Shown here one piece after another: positions 9,103 to 17,917 of a stretch of DNA of 62,712 nt. Positions within the stretch are counted from its first letter, which is position 1. Each line of letters starts with the position of its first letter. Location of the stretch: positions 1-62,712 of the forward strand of contig VMGA01000003.1 in assembly GCA_007376345.1 (NCBI GenBank), written 5' to 3'. The translations under genes were made by a program, and so were the position numbers. Below the pieces are notes generated by a model. The model saw only the letters and a list, made by a program, of their open reading frames with translations, did not search any database and had not been told where the DNA came from. This DNA is from Microgenomates group bacterium Gr01-1014_16. GTDB lineage: Bacteria > Patescibacteriota > Microgenomatia > CAZETR01 > Amesbacteraceae.

Positions 9103-9187
9103 AGTCAATCCATTATAAACATCCCTGTTCAATAAATCACCATAAACATATGCTATAGGTTATAAGAAGTGGTACAATGGGTTTCCC

Positions 9188-9400
9188 ATGGAATTCGACA
9201 CTATTCATTATACATTAGCGGCTGTCGCGGGATTTATATCGTTCATAGCAATAAGGAGCCAAGACCAAACATATTTCACCCCCCCAAAAGACCCAAGTGG
9301 ATTGGAATTGCATCACCAAGAAGAAAATAATACTTTCATCATCGGCGTGATTGGAGCCTTTCTTACTCCCGCACTTTTGTACATATCAACAATGTTTTAA
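9188..9400 (+). CDS. small hypothetical two-TM protein
   Basis: 70 aa with two hydrophobic helices. A TACAAT -10-like box lies 9 nt upstream of the ATG. Confidence 0.3.
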   Translation: MEFDTIHYTLAAVAGFISFIAIRSQDQTYFTPPKDPSGLELHHQEENNTFIIGVIGAFLTPALLYISTMF

Positions 9401-9559
9401 ATTAAGTTTAAATTACAATAAACACCACGACCGCATATGTTTTTGTAAAAACAAAGCGTTGCACTTTATAACGGTTTCATTTGTACGATTTCCTCGTACA
9501 CGCAATACTGCAAAAAATCCGATCTTCCGATTCTCCGAGTTTTCCCAAGTTTTCCGAAT

Positions 9560-10795
9560 TTATGGTCCCACCGCCGTCGCTGCATTCACCCGCCCCGCCG
9601 ACCAATATGTTCCCGTCCCGGAGATCTTATCTGCTTTTCCTTCAATCCTCGCCCTCACCGCCGAGTTGCTCGTCCCCCACGAGCTGGACCACACCATCCC
9701 GGCCACAGCTGCCGTCATTGGAGTCGCCATCGACGTCCCGGAAGCAAAGTCGTAATTTTGCGCTCGCCCGTAATTTGTCCCGATCACAAACGGATGATTA
9801 GGAAAAGTGGAAAAGATATTTTCCCCCGGCGCCGCCACGTCCACCCACTTCACCCCCCAGTTAGACCAGCTGGCTTTAGCATCCAGATTGTTCGTTGCCG
9901 CTACCGCAATCACCTTGGTATACGCCGCCGGGTACAGTTTGCTGCTGCTTCCCGAATTCCCCGCCGCCGCCACAATTACCGCTCCCTTATTCCAGGCATA
10001 ATTCACCGCCCGCTCCAAAGTCAGCGACCGCGCCGTACCTCCCAAACTCAAATTAATTACCCTGGCCCCGTTATCCGCCGCCCAGGTAATCCCATTCGCA
10101 ATCCACGAATACGCCCCACTCCCATTATTCCCCAGCACCTTGCCGTCTAGTATCACACACTGCGGACATCCTCCGGCCACACCTAGTCCATTATTTGTTG
10201 CCGCCGCGATTATTCCCGCCACATGTGTTCCGTGCCCGTAAAAATCATCTACCGAGCCTGATCCGGAAAAATCCTCATCCAAAACCACCTTGGCCGAAAT
10301 ATCCTCATGGTCCTGGTCCACCCCGGTATCCAACACTGCCACTCTCACACCTGCTCCGCTGGCCACATCCCACGCCTCCGGCCCGTCAATATCCGCGTCT
10401 ACTACCCCCGCCACTCCCAATATCGTCTGACCCGTATTATTTAGACCCCATTGTTTATCGGCAAAATTCGGGTCATTCGGCACTTCGAGCGCCTTAGCCA
10501 CATAATCCGGCTCCGCAAATTCCACCAGCGGATTTGCCGCCAAAATCTTTGTCCACACTTCCTGCGTCGCCGCTGGCACACTCAAACTCCACACATCCAA
10601 CGCCTCCAGCCTTTCCTTTATCCGTCCTATCCGTCCCATCTGTCTTATGGCCTCATTTCTCCCCACCCCGTCCCGAAACTTCAGAAGTACTCTCCCCTCA
10701 ATTTTCTCCCCCAAATCCCTCCCATCAATTACCATTGCCTTCACCGGTACCACTCCCCACAAAAACACCACCGCTACTAGCAATGCTTTCTTCAT
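9560..10795 (-). CDS. subtilisin-like serine protease (peptidase S8) with signal peptide
   Basis: Catalytic triad contexts VAVLDTGV, HGTHVAG and GTSMATP. Start moved to MKKALLVAVVFLWG. Confidence 0.9.
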   Translation of the reverse strand: MKKALLVAVVFLWGVVPVKAMVIDGRDLGEKIEGRVLLKFRDGVGRNEAIRQMGRIGRIKERLEALDVWSLSVPAATQEVWTKILAANPLVEFAEPDYVAKALEVPNDPNFADKQWGLNNTGQTILGVAGVVDADIDGPEAWDVASGAGVRVAVLDTGVDQDHEDISAKVVLDEDFSGSGSVDDFYGHGTHVAGIIAAATNNGLGVAGGCPQCVILDGKVLGNNGSGAYSWIANGITWAADNGARVINLSLGGTARSLTLERAVNYAWNKGAVIVAAAGNSGSSSKLYPAAYTKVIAVAATNNLDAKASWSNWGVKWVDVAAPGENIFSTFPNHPFVIGTNYGRAQNYDFASGTSMATPMTAAVAGMVWSSSWGTSNSAVRARIEGKADKISGTGTYWSAGRVNAATAVGP

Positions 10796-10809
10796 ATCTC
10801 GAGTATACA

Positions 10810-11043
10810 CTACTTCTTCATCATTTCCCCGCAAATTTTGCAGTCGTCCTTATGCCCGGCAAATACATATACTGCCGAAACACCCACCAGGATATAAACC
10901 AGTTTAACCAGTCCCGGCCACGACCCCAACAAGGTCGCCACCAGGTCAAAATTAAGTAGGCCGACTAGCCCCCAGTTCAGAGCCCCGACCATCGCCAGGG
11001 AAAAAGCCACTACATGCAAAGTTGCTTTTGTCTGTTTATCCAT
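10810..11043 (-). CDS. DUF378-family small membrane protein
   Basis: VGALNWGLVGLLNFDLV is typical of DUF378. Confidence 0.65.
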   Translation of the reverse strand: MDKQTKATLHVVAFSLAMVGALNWGLVGLLNFDLVATLLGSWPGLVKLVYILVGVSAVYVFAGHKDDCKICGEMMKK

Positions 11044-11050
11044 TTCTTTT

Positions 11051-11269
11051 TCACCTCCCCCCGCTCAAAGGATATAAATGTCCCAACACGCCAACCAGTA
11101 CAAACGCCGTCCCCCACCTAAATGGGTGTTCACCCACCAGCGGATAAGTCATCAGTATCCCGATCCCCACTCCCATCAACGTATGTACCAGAGCGTTGTA
11201 GTTGTAATGTTTTTTAAAGTAGTCTTCAATTTTCTTCAACTCACTCACCCCCTCTATCCAATATAACAT
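11051..11269 (-). CDS. small hypothetical membrane protein
   Basis: 72 aa with two hydrophobic helices. Its start abuts the stop of the upstream C39-like peptidase gene (shared base 11269). Confidence 0.4.
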   Translation of the reverse strand: MLYWIEGVSELKKIEDYFKKHYNYNALVHTLMGVGIGILMTYPLVGEHPFRWGTAFVLVGVLGHLYPLSGGR

Positions 11270-11982
11270 TATTTCCCCAATGCAATCATCACTTTTTTTC
11301 TCTCGGTTATTGGCTCATGATCCCCCGTGGGATAGTCTCGGATGGCATTAAACAGCGTTTCATATTTATACCGGTACTTTTCTCCCTTTCTCGTCCCCGG
11401 ATCATTCGTTATAAACTCCCCCGTTTCGTCATTGTACCCCCGAATCAAAATCATGTGCCTCTCCGGCCCCGGCGCCGTGTAATTCGGGTTCAGCCCCCTC
11501 CCGTCCACCGGTACAATCACAATCCTTCCCTTCGCCAACTCATCCCTTATCTCCTCGTAACCATGTAACAATGTAACCATGTAACCATCGAACTTAAAGT
11601 AATTTTTAATAATTCTTTCGGCCGTGTCCTCGGCCGACGTATCCACCCCACTCCCGTAATTCTCCTCCTCCCACTCCCAAATCCCCTCAATCTCCCTCTT
11701 CGCATAATTTTTATCTATGATTCCGTCCTTTATTAAACATTGATCATTGAACATTGAACATTTAAGCATCAGCGCTGATGCTTCCTCGCATCCGTCCTGA
11801 TGCCTTGGGTCACCCCACTCTCCAAACGGCGCCTGGCTGGTAAACGGAACGTCTAGTAACACAAAACTCTTCCTAACTGTTACAGTAGGCGTCGGCGATA
11901 TTTGCTCAATTGAAAATTGATTGAATCTTGAATATTGAATATTGAATATTAACGCAGCAATCGCTGCGATCATCCACTTCAT
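11269..11982 (-). CDS. peptidase C39-like (papain-fold) secreted protein
   Basis: DVPFTSQAP..DGCEEASALM resembles the catalytic Cys region of the Peptidase_C39_2 family. The gene contains two heptamer tracts. Confidence 0.6.
   Translation of the reverse strand: MKWMIAAIAALIFNIQYSRFNQFSIEQISPTPTVTVRKSFVLLDVPFTSQAPFGEWGDPRHQDGCEEASALMLKCSMFNDQCLIKDGIIDKNYAKREIEGIWEWEEENYGSGVDTSAEDTAERIIKNYFKFDGYMVTLLHGYEEIRDELAKGRIVIVPVDGRGLNPNYTAPGPERHMILIRGYNDETGEFITNDPGTRKGEKYRYKYETLFNAIRDYPTGDHEPITERKKVMIALGK
11732..11763 (+). repeat. TTGAACA-type heptamer tract, in-frame in the C39-like peptidase gene
   Basis: Encodes LKCSMFNDQCLI. Confidence 0.85.
11908..11950 (+). repeat. TTGAATA/TTGAAAA heptamer tract, in-frame in the C39-like peptidase gene
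   Basis: Encodes IFNIQYSRFNQFSI. Confidence 0.85.
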
Positions 11983-12044
11983 CTCCCCATTTTACGCTCC
12001 AGACTAGCTTGCGGTATAATTGCCCTCGCACATTCAAAAAACAT

Positions 12045-12119
12045 TCCGCGGTAGCTCAACGGTAGAGCAGGTCGCTGTTAACGACAAGGTTCGGGGTTCG
12101 AATCCCTGCCGCGGAGCCA
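12045..12119 (+). tRNA. tRNA-Asn (GTT), CCA encoded
   Basis: Hand-folded cloverleaf: acceptor TCCGCGG/CCGCGGA, anticodon loop CTGTTAA, T-loop TTCGAAT, 3' GCCA. Confidence 0.9.
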
Positions 12120-12142
12120 GTTGGCACTTAATATACCTAAAT

Positions 12143-12727
12143 ATGATTAAATTTACACAAGAAGCCTGGAACGGCATAAATAAATTAAGCCCTAGGAGTT
12201 ATATTTGTGGATTCTGTGGAGACAAGATTGCTTCGGATAAAGGCTATTACAATAGTTCCTATTCAGTTATTTCCTTTCTCTATATTTGTCCATCGTGTGG
12301 TTGGCCTACATTTTTTGACACGCAAAACGATCAATACCCCGGCCCAATGTTAGGAAGAAATATAAAACATCTTCCGGAAAATATTGAAGTAGTTTACAAC
12401 GAACTTAGGGAAGATATTAAAAACGGAAGTTATACTTCCGCTGTTTTACTTGGACGAAAGTTAATAATGCACCTAGCGGTGGATATTGCAAAAGCCCCTG
12501 AGGGTGAATCATTCGTAAAATACATAACTCATCTGAAATCTTCAGGATATGTCCCGCCAAACGGCGATAAGTGGTTGGAGTATATGAAGGATATGGGTAA
12601 TGAAAAAAACCATGAAATCAAAATTGGAAGCAAAGAGGAAGCTGAGAGAATTATAAAATTTGTTGAAATGTTGCTTATTTTTATATACGAATTCTCGCAA
12701 GAATTTGAGCAGGCCGGGGAAAAATAA
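12143..12727 (+). CDS. zinc-ribbon plus DUF4145-like protein
   Basis: CGFCGDKI...CPSCGWPTFF zinc ribbon followed by a helical C-terminus resembling DUF4145 (LGRKLIMHLAVDIA...GNEKNHE). Start moved downstream of the tRNA. Confidence 0.55.
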   Translation: MIKFTQEAWNGINKLSPRSYICGFCGDKIASDKGYYNSSYSVISFLYICPSCGWPTFFDTQNDQYPGPMLGRNIKHLPENIEVVYNELREDIKNGSYTSAVLLGRKLIMHLAVDIAKAPEGESFVKYITHLKSSGYVPPNGDKWLEYMKDMGNEKNHEIKIGSKEEAERIIKFVEMLLIFIYEFSQEFEQAGEK

Positions 12728-12740
12728 TAAAAGGAAAACT

Positions 12741-13319
12741 ATGAACAAAATTAATAGCAATAAAGAAGAACTACTCAGAGCATTGAAAGCCCGTTTTGAG
12801 AAAAACATGAACCGCCATAAAGGTCTTGAGTGGGCTAAAGTCCAGGCAAAGCTGGATCCGCCAGCTGGCGGAGAAAAACTGTGGTCACTTTCAGAAATGG
12901 AAAGAACTGGCGGCGAACCGGATGTTGTCGAATTTGATGACAAGACAGGGCGCCTGCCTGCCGGCAGGCAGGAATACATTTTTTATGATTGTTCAACCCA
13001 AAGCCCTTATGGCCGCAGAAGTGTTTGTTACGACCGGCAAGCGCTGGATTCAAGAAAAGAACATAAACCGAAAAATAACGCTCTTGATATGGCTGCCACC
13101 ATGGGCATCGAGATTTTATCGGAAGAACAATATAGGCAGTTACAAAAATTTGGAAACTTCGATACGAAAACATCCAGCTGGATAAAAACACCAACTGACA
13201 TTAGAAAGCTCGGCGGCGCCCTCTTTGTTGATCGCCGTTACAATAATGTCTTCGTGTATCACAACGGTGCGGAATCTTATTATGCCGCCAGGGCATTCCG
13301 TGGCTCGCTAAGGGTCTAG
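12741..13319 (+). CDS. DUF4256-family protein
   Basis: LKARFEKNMNRHKGLEWAKVQAKL, ERTGGEPDVV, YDCS, HNGAESYYAARAFRGSLRV. This is highly characteristic of DUF4256 as I recall the family. Confidence 0.7.
   Translation: MNKINSNKEELLRALKARFEKNMNRHKGLEWAKVQAKLDPPAGGEKLWSLSEMERTGGEPDVVEFDDKTGRLPAGRQEYIFYDCSTQSPYGRRSVCYDRQALDSRKEHKPKNNALDMAATMGIEILSEEQYRQLQKFGNFDTKTSSWIKTPTDIRKLGGALFVDRRYNNVFVYHNGAESYYAARAFRGSLRV
12953..12972. repeat. perfect 20-bp palindrome CCTGCCTGCCGGCAGGCAGG inside the DUF4256 gene
   Basis: Read directly from the sequence. It encodes the extra residues (R)LPAGRQ. Confidence 0.9.
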
Positions 13320-13340
13320 CCATCTGGCACTTATGGGCTG

Positions 13341-14408
13341 TTACTTGTCCGCGTCAATACTTAAAGAAAGTTGGGGTTTCTCTACTCTGCCGACCATGAA
13401 CTTCACACCTGCGGACATATTTACAGATTCAATCTTGGTATTGGGGTGCTGGCTCGCAAATACTCGGAAGACTTCGTCCGCGAACGCTTGTCCTACTGTT
13501 TCAATTCCATCAAAATCAAGAATGACCACCTTGAACTTGTCAAGATTTGACATAAGTCTTCTTCCTTGAGACCTAGAAATATAAAGGGTTCCGGCCTTAT
13601 ATAATTTGACATGAATTTTGGTTTTATCGAATGAATAGGAATCCGGTTCAGCCTGGAATTGGGCGAAAATGTTATTGAGATGTTTATTTGAACTTTTACT
13701 AATCTCAAATCTCACTAGCGTTCCGATTGTGGATGGGGCCTTGTCAATGAATAGGTCGGGAAGGGTGTTATCGATCCTGAGAATATTCCCATAGCTGTTG
13801 AGTATAAATAAATCGGCAACCTTAGAGGTAAAAAAGATTCCTTCACCGGTGTGAGAATGGGGAAGAGTTGTGGTCTTACCTTTCAATAGCTCTTGGATAG
13901 CTTCTAGCTCGGACGAGAGACGTTTCTTTTCCATGATATTTCTAAAGACACCAACCCCATGATCTTGTATTTCAAAGGCGATTCTCTGTTCATATTTCTC
14001 GATATTTACATCAATCCGCTTAGATTGAGAGTGCTCTATGGCGTTGTTGAACATTTCAGTAAAAGCGTAGTCAACGATACTGGCGACATTTTCGTCGAGA
14101 GAATTTAAGATAGGGCTTTCTGACTTGATTTGAACCAAAATACGGTCTTCGCTCAGGTTGGTGTTTACGAAGTGTTTTGTGAGCCTATTTGCTAGTGCTG
14201 TCTCGTTCTGGGGAAGGGCATAAATTAGATATTTTCCACTTCTGGCTCTGACGAGACGTTTTTCTTTTATTAACTCATTAAGCTGTCTGCTGATCCAAAT
14301 ACGGGATCTGGGCGTGTCTAGACTGGCCAGTATTTGGGACACGCTAGCCTTACCTAGCCGAGATAGGGTGGCGATAACTTCTTCTTTTGTACTTGTTTTT
14401 GTAGACAT
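13341..14408 (-). CDS. fused wHTH / GHKL (anti-sigma-kinase-like ATPase) / STAS-like (DUF4325) protein
   Basis: N-terminal winged-helix region (ISRQLNELIKEKRLV). Central region has NNAIEHS and DHGVGVF, resembling the N and G1 boxes of RsbW/SpoIIAB-type HATPases. C-terminal VVILDFDGIETVGQAFADEVF resembles DUF4325/STAS. Confidence 0.6.
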   Translation of the reverse strand: MSTKTSTKEEVIATLSRLGKASVSQILASLDTPRSRIWISRQLNELIKEKRLVRARSGKYLIYALPQNETALANRLTKHFVNTNLSEDRILVQIKSESPILNSLDENVASIVDYAFTEMFNNAIEHSQSKRIDVNIEKYEQRIAFEIQDHGVGVFRNIMEKKRLSSELEAIQELLKGKTTTLPHSHTGEGIFFTSKVADLFILNSYGNILRIDNTLPDLFIDKAPSTIGTLVRFEISKSSNKHLNNIFAQFQAEPDSYSFDKTKIHVKLYKAGTLYISRSQGRRLMSNLDKFKVVILDFDGIETVGQAFADEVFRVFASQHPNTKIESVNMSAGVKFMVGRVEKPQLSLSIDADK

Positions 14409-14439
14409 GTAAACTGATTATACAAACATGTAAACTGAT
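14405..14439. promoter_or_regulatory. two 14-bp direct repeats (ACATGTAAACTGAT) at the 5' end of 13341..14408, candidate operator
   Basis: Exact copies at 14405-14418 and 14426-14439, spaced 21 bp start to start. The first copy overlaps the start codon. Confidence 0.4.
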
Positions 14440-14486
14440 ATGTCAAGTGTCTCGCCTATCGTGTAAGCTACTGGTTTGATAAAAAC

Positions 14487-14726
14487 TCACTGATCTTCCG
14501 GCATCGCAGCGAAGTCATTTTGAAACTTTTCCATAAACCGTTTAACCGCTTCCGGATCATCCATGTATTGTCTCATGGCCTCCACAACTTTAATGTGCGC
14601 TTCGTCTCCAATGGCTGCCATTTCCATTCCGTGTTTTTTACTATTCTCCATCATTTCTTCAGCGGTTTCACCATGGATAAGCGCCTCGCACGGTCCATAT
14701 AATTGTTTACATGTCATTGTTTTCAT
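14487..14726 (-). CDS. DUF1059-family small protein
   Basis: MKTMTCKQLYGPCEALIHGETAEEMMENSKKHGMEM matches the DUF1059 pattern. Confidence 0.65.
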   Translation of the reverse strand: MKTMTCKQLYGPCEALIHGETAEEMMENSKKHGMEMAAIGDEAHIKVVEAMRQYMDDPEAVKRFMEKFQNDFAAMPEDQ

Positions 14727-14780
14727 CTAATCACCTCCTCACAAATTTAATATACATTTAATTGTAGCATATTTGAATCT

Positions 14781-14819
14781 TGCATAGATTTGCATAGATA
14801 TGGTAATATATGCATAGAT
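14781..14819. promoter_or_regulatory. three direct repeats of TGCATAGAT in the divergent intergenic region, candidate operator with a TAATAT -10
   Basis: Copies at 14781-14789, 14791-14799 and 14811-14819, upstream of the MerR-type HTH gene that starts at 14831. Confidence 0.4.
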
Positions 14820-14830
14820 TTTGATAAATT

Positions 14831-15559
14831 ATGCCAAATAGCCTTGTTTCAATCGGAAATACCGCCAAGCAGCTAGGCGTATCTATTGACACCCTAAGGA
14901 GATGGGATACCGCGAATAGGTTACCGTCAATCAGAAGTGGTTCGGGTGGACATCGTTTCTATCGACAAGAAGACATAGATCTTTTTTTGAGAAACGAAAG
15001 CGCACTGGCTAAACAATGGGCCATGGCCTCTACCGGCGTGCCGCCATCGAATGATGTCTATTGCCAAACTAGAGATGTATTTCAGGCTCGGCTTGAAAGT
15101 CTCCAACACACGCTTCAAGGTAAAGTGCCGGAATCGGCCGTATCACTTTTAAGCGCGGTTGCGGGGGAAATTGGCAACAATTCATTTGATCACAATCTTG
15201 GCAACTGGCCGGATGTAACTGGAATATATTTTTCATACGATTTACGAAATAGGAATATTGTTTTAGCCGACCGTGGACAAGGAATACTTACTACTCTCAA
15301 ACGGGTTAGGCCGGAGTTAACCACTGCCGGTGAGGCCCTAAAAGTTGCCTTTACCGAAACCATATCCGGCCGGCTTCCGGAAGCCCGGGGAAACGGGTTA
15401 AAATTTGTTAGGTCCGTCATAATTGAAAATCCGTTTACACTTATGTTTCAATCCGGCGACGCGCGTTTATTCTTAAAAGAAAACGATAAAGATATTGTCG
15501 TTACCCAAGTAGAAGAATATATTAGAGGGTGTATGGCTGTTATCGGCTTTGAAAACTAG
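14831..15559 (+). CDS. MerR/excisionase-type HTH fused to a GHKL (anti-sigma-kinase-like) ATPase domain
   Basis: IGNTAKQLGVSIDTLRRWD HTH. GEIGNNSFDHN and DRGQGI resemble HATPase N and G1 boxes. This is a split counterpart of 13341..14408. Confidence 0.55.
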   Translation: MPNSLVSIGNTAKQLGVSIDTLRRWDTANRLPSIRSGSGGHRFYRQEDIDLFLRNESALAKQWAMASTGVPPSNDVYCQTRDVFQARLESLQHTLQGKVPESAVSLLSAVAGEIGNNSFDHNLGNWPDVTGIYFSYDLRNRNIVLADRGQGILTTLKRVRPELTTAGEALKVAFTETISGRLPEARGNGLKFVRSVIIENPFTLMFQSGDARLFLKENDKDIVVTQVEEYIRGCMAVIGFEN

Positions 15560-15562
15560 AAA

Positions 15563-15820
15563 ATGATCATAGCTATAAAAAAGTTCGGCACGACATTAGT
15601 TTCTCGGCCTTCCGGCAAAGAAGCGTGGTTGGCTTTTCAGCCCATTCTTAAAGATGTTTCAGATACCGAAGAGGTCGTCGTTGATTTCAGCGATGTCTTA
15701 GTCCTAGCCCCTTCATGGGCAGACGAATTTTTAACACCGCTCCGGAGTCGCTTCAATGACAAGGTAAAACTAATTAATACGGATAACGCTTCCGTCAAAG
15801 CCACCTTGGCGATACTTTAG
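15563..15820 (+). CDS. STAS-like DUF4325 protein
   Basis: 85 aa. VVVDFSDVLVLAPSWADEFL matches the C-terminal domain of 13341..14408. There is a 3-nt gap to the upstream kinase-like gene. Confidence 0.55.
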   Translation: MIIAIKKFGTTLVSRPSGKEAWLAFQPILKDVSDTEEVVVDFSDVLVLAPSWADEFLTPLRSRFNDKVKLINTDNASVKATLAIL

Positions 15821-16512
15821 CCCTCTATAGGATCCAGGGTTAAACATCCTGGAATAGCCAAGGATTCATCATACAGGCTTTGGTCTCCCATATATTCCTC
15901 CCAGGACTTAAAAAGATTCCTCAAATTTGTAAAGGTTTCCTCTCTGATGGAATCATCGAGGTAAGCAAACGGACAAACGTGTTCCGGCTTTTGGCCTCCT
16001 TTCAAAATCCCTATCTCCACACTTCCAAAGCCTGCCGGCGCCCCATGATTAAAATCGCTCACCTCCCCGACTATCTGGCCGGCCGTTACCTTATCCCCCA
16101 CTTTAACCTTGGGGTTTATCAAATGCTCCGTTTCATAAACCCATTTTTGCATTTTTCCGTCCGCCGTTACCTGGACCGAGAAATCCCCGCTCCAAAGAAC
16201 GGGTATTGCTGCCACTATCCCGTCCACGGTTGACCGGACCGGCGTCCCCAAGGGCACGACAAAAGTCGGCTGCGGATTATTTTTGGCCGGGTTATCATTG
16301 CCCGCTGGGATATAAAAACCATACTCCATAAAAAGTTTCCCGAACTGTAATTTCTCTTTGATAAATTCAAAGTCGGAAAACTCCACCCCTATGCCTTTTA
16401 ATTTTAAAGGCGGCTCATCCGGGTGTGGGATGTTACTCTGCCTAAACAGTGAAAACGTTATTGCGCCAATAACCAGAACCGTCGAGACACCCGCAAATAC
16501 CTTAAGTGGCAT
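15817..16512 (-). CDS. M23/LytM-like peptidase-domain protein (tentative)
   Basis: N-terminal TM helix. The C-terminal barrel-like segment VRSTVDGIVA...VKVGDKVTAGQIVGEV resembles the Peptidase_M23 / lipoyl-like fold. Confidence 0.4.
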   Translation of the reverse strand: MPLKVFAGVSTVLVIGAITFSLFRQSNIPHPDEPPLKLKGIGVEFSDFEFIKEKLQFGKLFMEYGFYIPAGNDNPAKNNPQPTFVVPLGTPVRSTVDGIVAAIPVLWSGDFSVQVTADGKMQKWVYETEHLINPKVKVGDKVTAGQIVGEVSDFNHGAPAGFGSVEIGILKGGQKPEHVCPFAYLDDSIREETFTNLRNLFKSWEEYMGDQSLYDESLAIPGCLTLDPIEG

Positions 16513-16610
16513 TAATTAAACTATAGCCAACTAACTCAAATTTGCAACTGACCACCAATCCTAACATCTACTTGACACATGTAAGGATTAAGTCCACTAA
16601 TCCTAACAAT

Positions 16611-17069
16611 TCATTTCAATATTTTAGGTTCCGCTGCCAGTCCCGCGTCTTGATCCGCCCGGATCTCAAAAATATTTCCGGCATGGGGGTTTTGATATCC
16701 CTCAATTTTTGAGTCGACCCAAGCCACCAGATGCGCCGCTCCATACAAGGGCAGAAAAGCTGGTCCCAAAATGGAATACTGCCTCGTATGCGCCAGCTCA
16801 TGTCTGTAAATTGTTTCAGGCAAACTATTCCCCATCGTCAATATCACATTGTCAAAAGTCACCGCGCCCGCCCCTAACAACTCATCAATAAAATATCTAG
16901 TAAAACCCCCGCAATTATAAAATGACCACACCCTGTTTGGTCGATCGAATAATCCATCGCATTTGCCAACAAAGGCTAGAGATCGCCCAATAACTCTGTT
17001 CATTGAAAAAAGGACCAAAATACCGAAGACAATTATTATTACCTTCCCCTTCCGCCCAATTTCCGCCAC
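16611..17069 (-). CDS. hypothetical membrane protein with an HExxH motif
   Basis: N-terminal TM helix plus HELAH (HExxH), suggesting a small metallopeptidase-like protein. Confidence 0.35.
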   Translation of the reverse strand: MAEIGRKGKVIIIVFGILVLFSMNRVIGRSLAFVGKCDGLFDRPNRVWSFYNCGGFTRYFIDELLGAGAVTFDNVILTMGNSLPETIYRHELAHTRQYSILGPAFLPLYGAAHLVAWVDSKIEGYQNPHAGNIFEIRADQDAGLAAEPKILK

Positions 17070-17119
17070 ATTTCAAATGTTAACACATTGATTTGTTGAT
17101 ATACTACACAAAAGTGAAT

Positions 17120-17536
17120 ATGAACATGTTCAAACCAATCAAAACAAAATCTATCAAGGAGTATTTTGAAGCGCTCCCGGAGCAAAGGCGGGAACCGATG
17201 GAGTTTCTGCACAAGTTCATTCAAACAACGGTTCCGTCTCTTAAGCCCAATTTTATTTACAATATGCCGGGTTACGGAAGTTTTAAATACAAAAACTACA
17301 AAAAAGAAATACTCAACTGGCCGATTATCGCCCTCGCCAGCCAGAAAAATTATATTAGTCTATACGTCTGTGCTCTCGAAAACGGTAAATACCTCGCCGA
17401 AAAATATAAACTGGACTTAGGCAAAGTCAGCGTCGGAAGAAGTTGCATTCGATTCAAAAAACTTGAAGACTTGAATTTAAAAACACTCAAGAAAATCATA
17501 CTCTTAGCTGAAAAATCCCCAGGTCTACAAGTATGA
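17120..17536 (+). CDS. DUF1801 (YdhG-like) domain protein
   Basis: SIKEYFEALPEQRREPMEFLHKFI...ISLYV...GRSCIRFKKLEDL matches the DUF1801 pattern. The start was chosen at the internal ATG at 17120. Confidence 0.6.
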   Translation: MNMFKPIKTKSIKEYFEALPEQRREPMEFLHKFIQTTVPSLKPNFIYNMPGYGSFKYKNYKKEILNWPIIALASQKNYISLYVCALENGKYLAEKYKLDLGKVSVGRSCIRFKKLEDLNLKTLKKIILLAEKSPGLQV

Positions 17537-17651
17537 AGCTCGCAAAAGATGACCCCCTGGAAACCAGAAGCTTGATATCAATTTTGTGCATTGAAAGACA
17601 TCCAGCTCACGTTTATTAGTTTGTCTAAGTATTGACAAAGGAAGTATAAAT

Positions 17652-17917
17652 ATGGTTTCTCTAGAGAGAAAAACGAGCTGCTAAAAGAAACCAGAGGCCT
17701 TGGCTTCAGAGATATCATAGAAGCAATCGAGTCTGACAAGTTACTTGACAACAAAAGTCATCCCAATAAAAACAAATATCCAAGGCAAAAAATATTTGTT
17801 GTAAAAATAGATACCTATGTTTATGCTATACCGTACGTGATAGACAAAGAAAGAAAATTATTTTTCTTAAAAACCTTTTATCCCAGCAAGAAACTTACAA
17901 AAAAATATGAAAAATAA
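17652..17917 (+). pseudogene. BrnT-like toxin, start codon out of frame (apparent 1-nt frameshift)
   Basis: The frame from 17636 encodes ..FSREKNELLKETRGLGFRDIIEAI...YVYAIPYV...FFLKTFYPSKKLTKKYEK, paralogous to 46247..46513, but has no in-frame start. The only nearby ATG (17652) is in another frame and stops after 10 codons. Confidence 0.5.

Noticed and set aside
12020-12142. N-terminal extension of ORF 12020..12727 (and likewise 30682..30744 of ORF 30682..31167, and 27414..27452 of ORF 26274..27452).
   Set aside because: The extensions read through well-folded tRNA genes (Asn, Ser-TGA, Ser-GGA). Internal ATGs directly after the tRNAs give sensible N-termini.
16560-16600. TTGACA ... ACTAAT promoter-like spacing and a duplicated AATCCTAACA in the 16513-16610 intergenic region.
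   Set aside because: It is on the + strand with no + strand gene downstream, and the -10 is weak. The evidence is insufficient.
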